Assembly (NCBI GenBank): GCA_963804955.1
Contig: CAWDSQ010000005.1
Location: forward strand, 1 to 64,000
Direction of reading: 5' to 3'
DNA length: 64,000 bases
From: an uncultured delta proteobacterium
GTDB taxonomy: Bacteria; Desulfobacterota; WTBG01; CAIYCZ01; CAIRTM01
Part shown: one piece after another, positions 61,624 through 64,000 of the stretch
How the letters are laid out: each line of letters starts with the position of its first letter
Position numbering within the stretch: position 1 is the first letter of the stretch
Translations under genes and position numbers: made by a program
The notes under the pieces: model-generated
Told to the model about the DNA's origin: nothing
The model's input: only the letters and a program-made list of their open reading frames with translations
The model's database searches: none

Positions 61624-63601
61624 TTATTTAGCCCATCGCATGACAAAGGCATCATATCCGCCTCCCGAAAAGGGCAGCCCGTCAAAAGCGCCGGATGCAT
61701 AACCCGTGTAATAAATCGACTCTGCATCCACTGCTATTCCGCCTCCTTCCGTGTCCACTCCTGCAGCACCCATTTGCCTGACCCATTGCCACGAGCTCGC
61801 GGGGTCGTAGGCAGCTGCGTAAAAATCATAGTCCCCCCGAACGGGCTGCCCATCGAGCGAGCCCTCGGTATAGCCTGTTATGTAGATCCTGCCGCCAGCA
61901 TCAAGAGCTATGCCATAAGCCAGAGTCTCCCCTGCCTGGCCCAGCTGGCGCGTCCATTGCCATGCCCCTGATCCATCATATTTAATAATAAAGGCATCAT
62001 ATGAACCAGCCAGGGTCTGGCCGTCGAGCGAAGCGGTGGTTTCTCCGGCAATATAGCTGTTATTATCTGAATCAATGGCCAGTGCGTATCCGTAGGTGTA
62101 TGTACCTGGAGCGCCCCTTTGCTTCAGCCATTGCAAGTTGCCGTCTGCATCATATTTGAGAATAAATAAATCACTGTCTCCTGTTAATGTCTGGCCTCCA
62201 AGCGAACCGCCGGTATAGCCTGCAACATAACAGCTGCCGTCGGCAGTTACCGCCACTCCCTTGCCTGCATCATATCCGCCACCTGCCGATGACAATACCC
62301 TGGCCCATTGCTGAACGCCGTTTTCATTGTATTTCGCAACAACAACATCATCCCTCTCGGCATCCGTGTTTTTCGCTCCTGTTACAAAGCAGTTGCCTCC
62401 CTGGTCGACAGCTATATCCCTGTAAGCGGTACTCGCAAGCCCGTAGCCGAGAAACCTGATCCAAAGCCTGGTTCCATTGTCATTATATTTCGCGATGAAG
62501 GCATCTCTGTAGCCAGTTACGGTCTGATCATCTATCTGCCTGTCTGTCTCGCCGCCGATATAGATATTGCCGCTTGCGTCCACTGCAATGGCATAGCCGG
62601 ATGTTGTTGCTCCGGCCGCGCCCAGAAAGCGGGTAAACAGCCTGTTCCCGGCTGCATCATATTTAATGATACAAGCATCCTGAACGCCGCTGATCGGCTG
62701 AGAAAAAAGAGTTCCGTCCGTAAACCCGGTTATATAGCTGTTGCCCTGTGCATCAACAGCTATATCCATTCCGAAAGTATTTTTTCCTGCTCCAGCGCCA
62801 AACTGTCTGGACCAATGATCAATCCAGCTCGCATATAAAATCACATCGGACGATCCCATGGTAAAGGTGGCCCCCGGCATGTAGCTTGTGCCGCTGCCGT
62901 TTGCGGCGGTGTTCCAGCCGACGAACATGAGCCCGGTCTTTGTCAGATTATCAGTATTGCCGAGCACGGTCACGGTCGCGCCCTGCGCATACGTATGCGT
63001 ATCGATCGGCGCGTTGCCGCCGGTTGACTGGTTATCGTCATAGGTTACGGTATAGGTGGGCGCCCATGTGGCGTACAGGTTTACATTTGCTGTGGCCATG
63101 GCAAACGTAGCGCCTGCGGCATAAGCGGTTCCGCCGCCGTCGGCCTGCGTGTTCCAGCCCGAGAAAACATAATCTGTCTTTACAAGAGTGCCGGTATTGC
63201 CGAGCACGGTCACGGTCGCGCCTTGTGCGTACTGAGTCGTATCAGTAGGGGGGCTGCCGCCGGTTGCGCCATTGGCATTATAGGAAACGGTAAAGCCAGG
63301 CTGAGCCCACTTGGCAAACAGGGAAGTATCATTTTTGATTTTGAAGGTAACGCCGGCTGCATAGTCTGTTCCGCTGCCGTTTGCGGCAGTGTTCCGAGCC
63401 CGAAAACACAGAGCCGGTTTTTGCCAGGCTCCCGGTATTACCAAGCACGGTGACGGTCGCGCCCTTCCAATATTTTTTTGCTTCGGCCGGGACAGTTCCA
63501 GAGTGTGCGCCGTTGGCATCATAGGTGACGGTCTTGCAGCCATAGCTGAATAAACAGGCAGAGAAAATCAGGAATGCAATCAGGACTGATTTTGTTTTCA
63601 C
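61624..63601 (-). CDS. lipoprotein with InlB B (Listeria-Bacteroides) repeats and an SBBP beta-propeller; frameshift near 63400
   Basis: Lipobox SYGC; three V.Y..NG...GATVTVLGN...L.KT...F.GWNT.A.G.GT units; repeated IAVD..GN.YI.G.T...D.FI.KYD..G...W. Confidence 0.85.
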
Positions 63602-63792
63602 GGTGGACCTCCCTTTTGAAGTTTTGACCGGCTTTGTCGGTCTCTATATAATATAACTTAAAAATAAGAGTCAATATAAATAGCCGGACGAGAGGGTGTG
63701 AATGCCCGGCCTGCATCAGAACAGTTCTGTAAAATTCCAGATGGCGCGGCGGAGGATCTATACAGGCGAATTCAATTTCAAATTTCACCAAT

Positions 63793-63823
63793 AAAAAAAA
63801 TGGGCGGAATATGCCCGCCCATC
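63793..63823 (-). terminator. intrinsic terminator
   Basis: Minus strand reads atgggcgg-gcatatt-ccgcccat followed by a T-tract. Confidence 0.7.
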
Positions 63824-63862
63824 AAATACTATCAAAAGGGGATTATTGTCTTAAATCTTGTT

Positions 63863-64000
63863 TTATTCTTTTGTTAAGGGAATAGGAACTGCAGGACTCG
63901 TTGTTGGAGATAATACCAGAGTATTTCCTGCTCTTACGAAAGTGAATGTTGCGGTCGCGGATACAGGTGTTGCATTCACCCCGTTCACCGTATAGTCCGT
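63863..64000 (-). CDS. 3' end of a gene running in from beyond the window
   Basis: Open frame TDYTVNGVNATPVSATATFTFVRAGNTLVLSPTTSPAVPIPLTKE-stop, followed by a terminator. Confidence 0.6.
   Translation of the reverse strand, partial: TDYTVNGVNATPVSATATFTFVRAGNTLVLSPTTSPAVPIPLTKE

Overview
Bacterial chromosomal window. Gene content and style suggest an anaerobic deltaproteobacterium (Desulfobacterota-like); this is inference only. Layout: (1) AT-rich accessory island at 1-6.8 kb with hypothetical genes, a VapBC-like pair, an orphan MNT, a DUF1566 protein and a Tat-signal HIRAN protein. (2) A stand-alone ftsZ directly behind a small ribbon-helix-helix gene. (3) A housekeeping/metabolic block: PPDK-like dikinase without a PEP domain, NUDIX, udk, HemF-like, squalene/phytoene synthase, gltX, rnz, methyltransferases, glycosyltransferases, thrC, opgG, M28 peptidase. 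(4) A type II FAS/PKS-like cluster at 28.6-35.8 kb behind a consensus sigma54 promoter: two intact KS, one catalytically degenerate KS, FabG, a long ACP, AcpS and a fused double hot-dog dehydratase. (5) rpoZ-gmhA-pgpA followed by a glycosylase/RloAB/Fic islet. (6) cinA, mlaA/mlaC, a DegT-GNAT-arginase-like trio, a CDF transporter, GT2 and a secreted ~46-aa repeat protein. (7) An ExbB-ExbD-(TonB-type anchor+vWA)-TPR-lipoprotein operon bracketed by two copies of a ~244-bp non-coding direct repeat. (8) Nested MITE/REP elements, a group II intron D5-D6 remnant and a beta-propeller lipoprotein. I saw no rRNA, tRNA or CRISPR array. Many genes carry small frameshifts, most likely sequencing/assembly indels. 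All family calls come from motif recognition by eye, not database searches.
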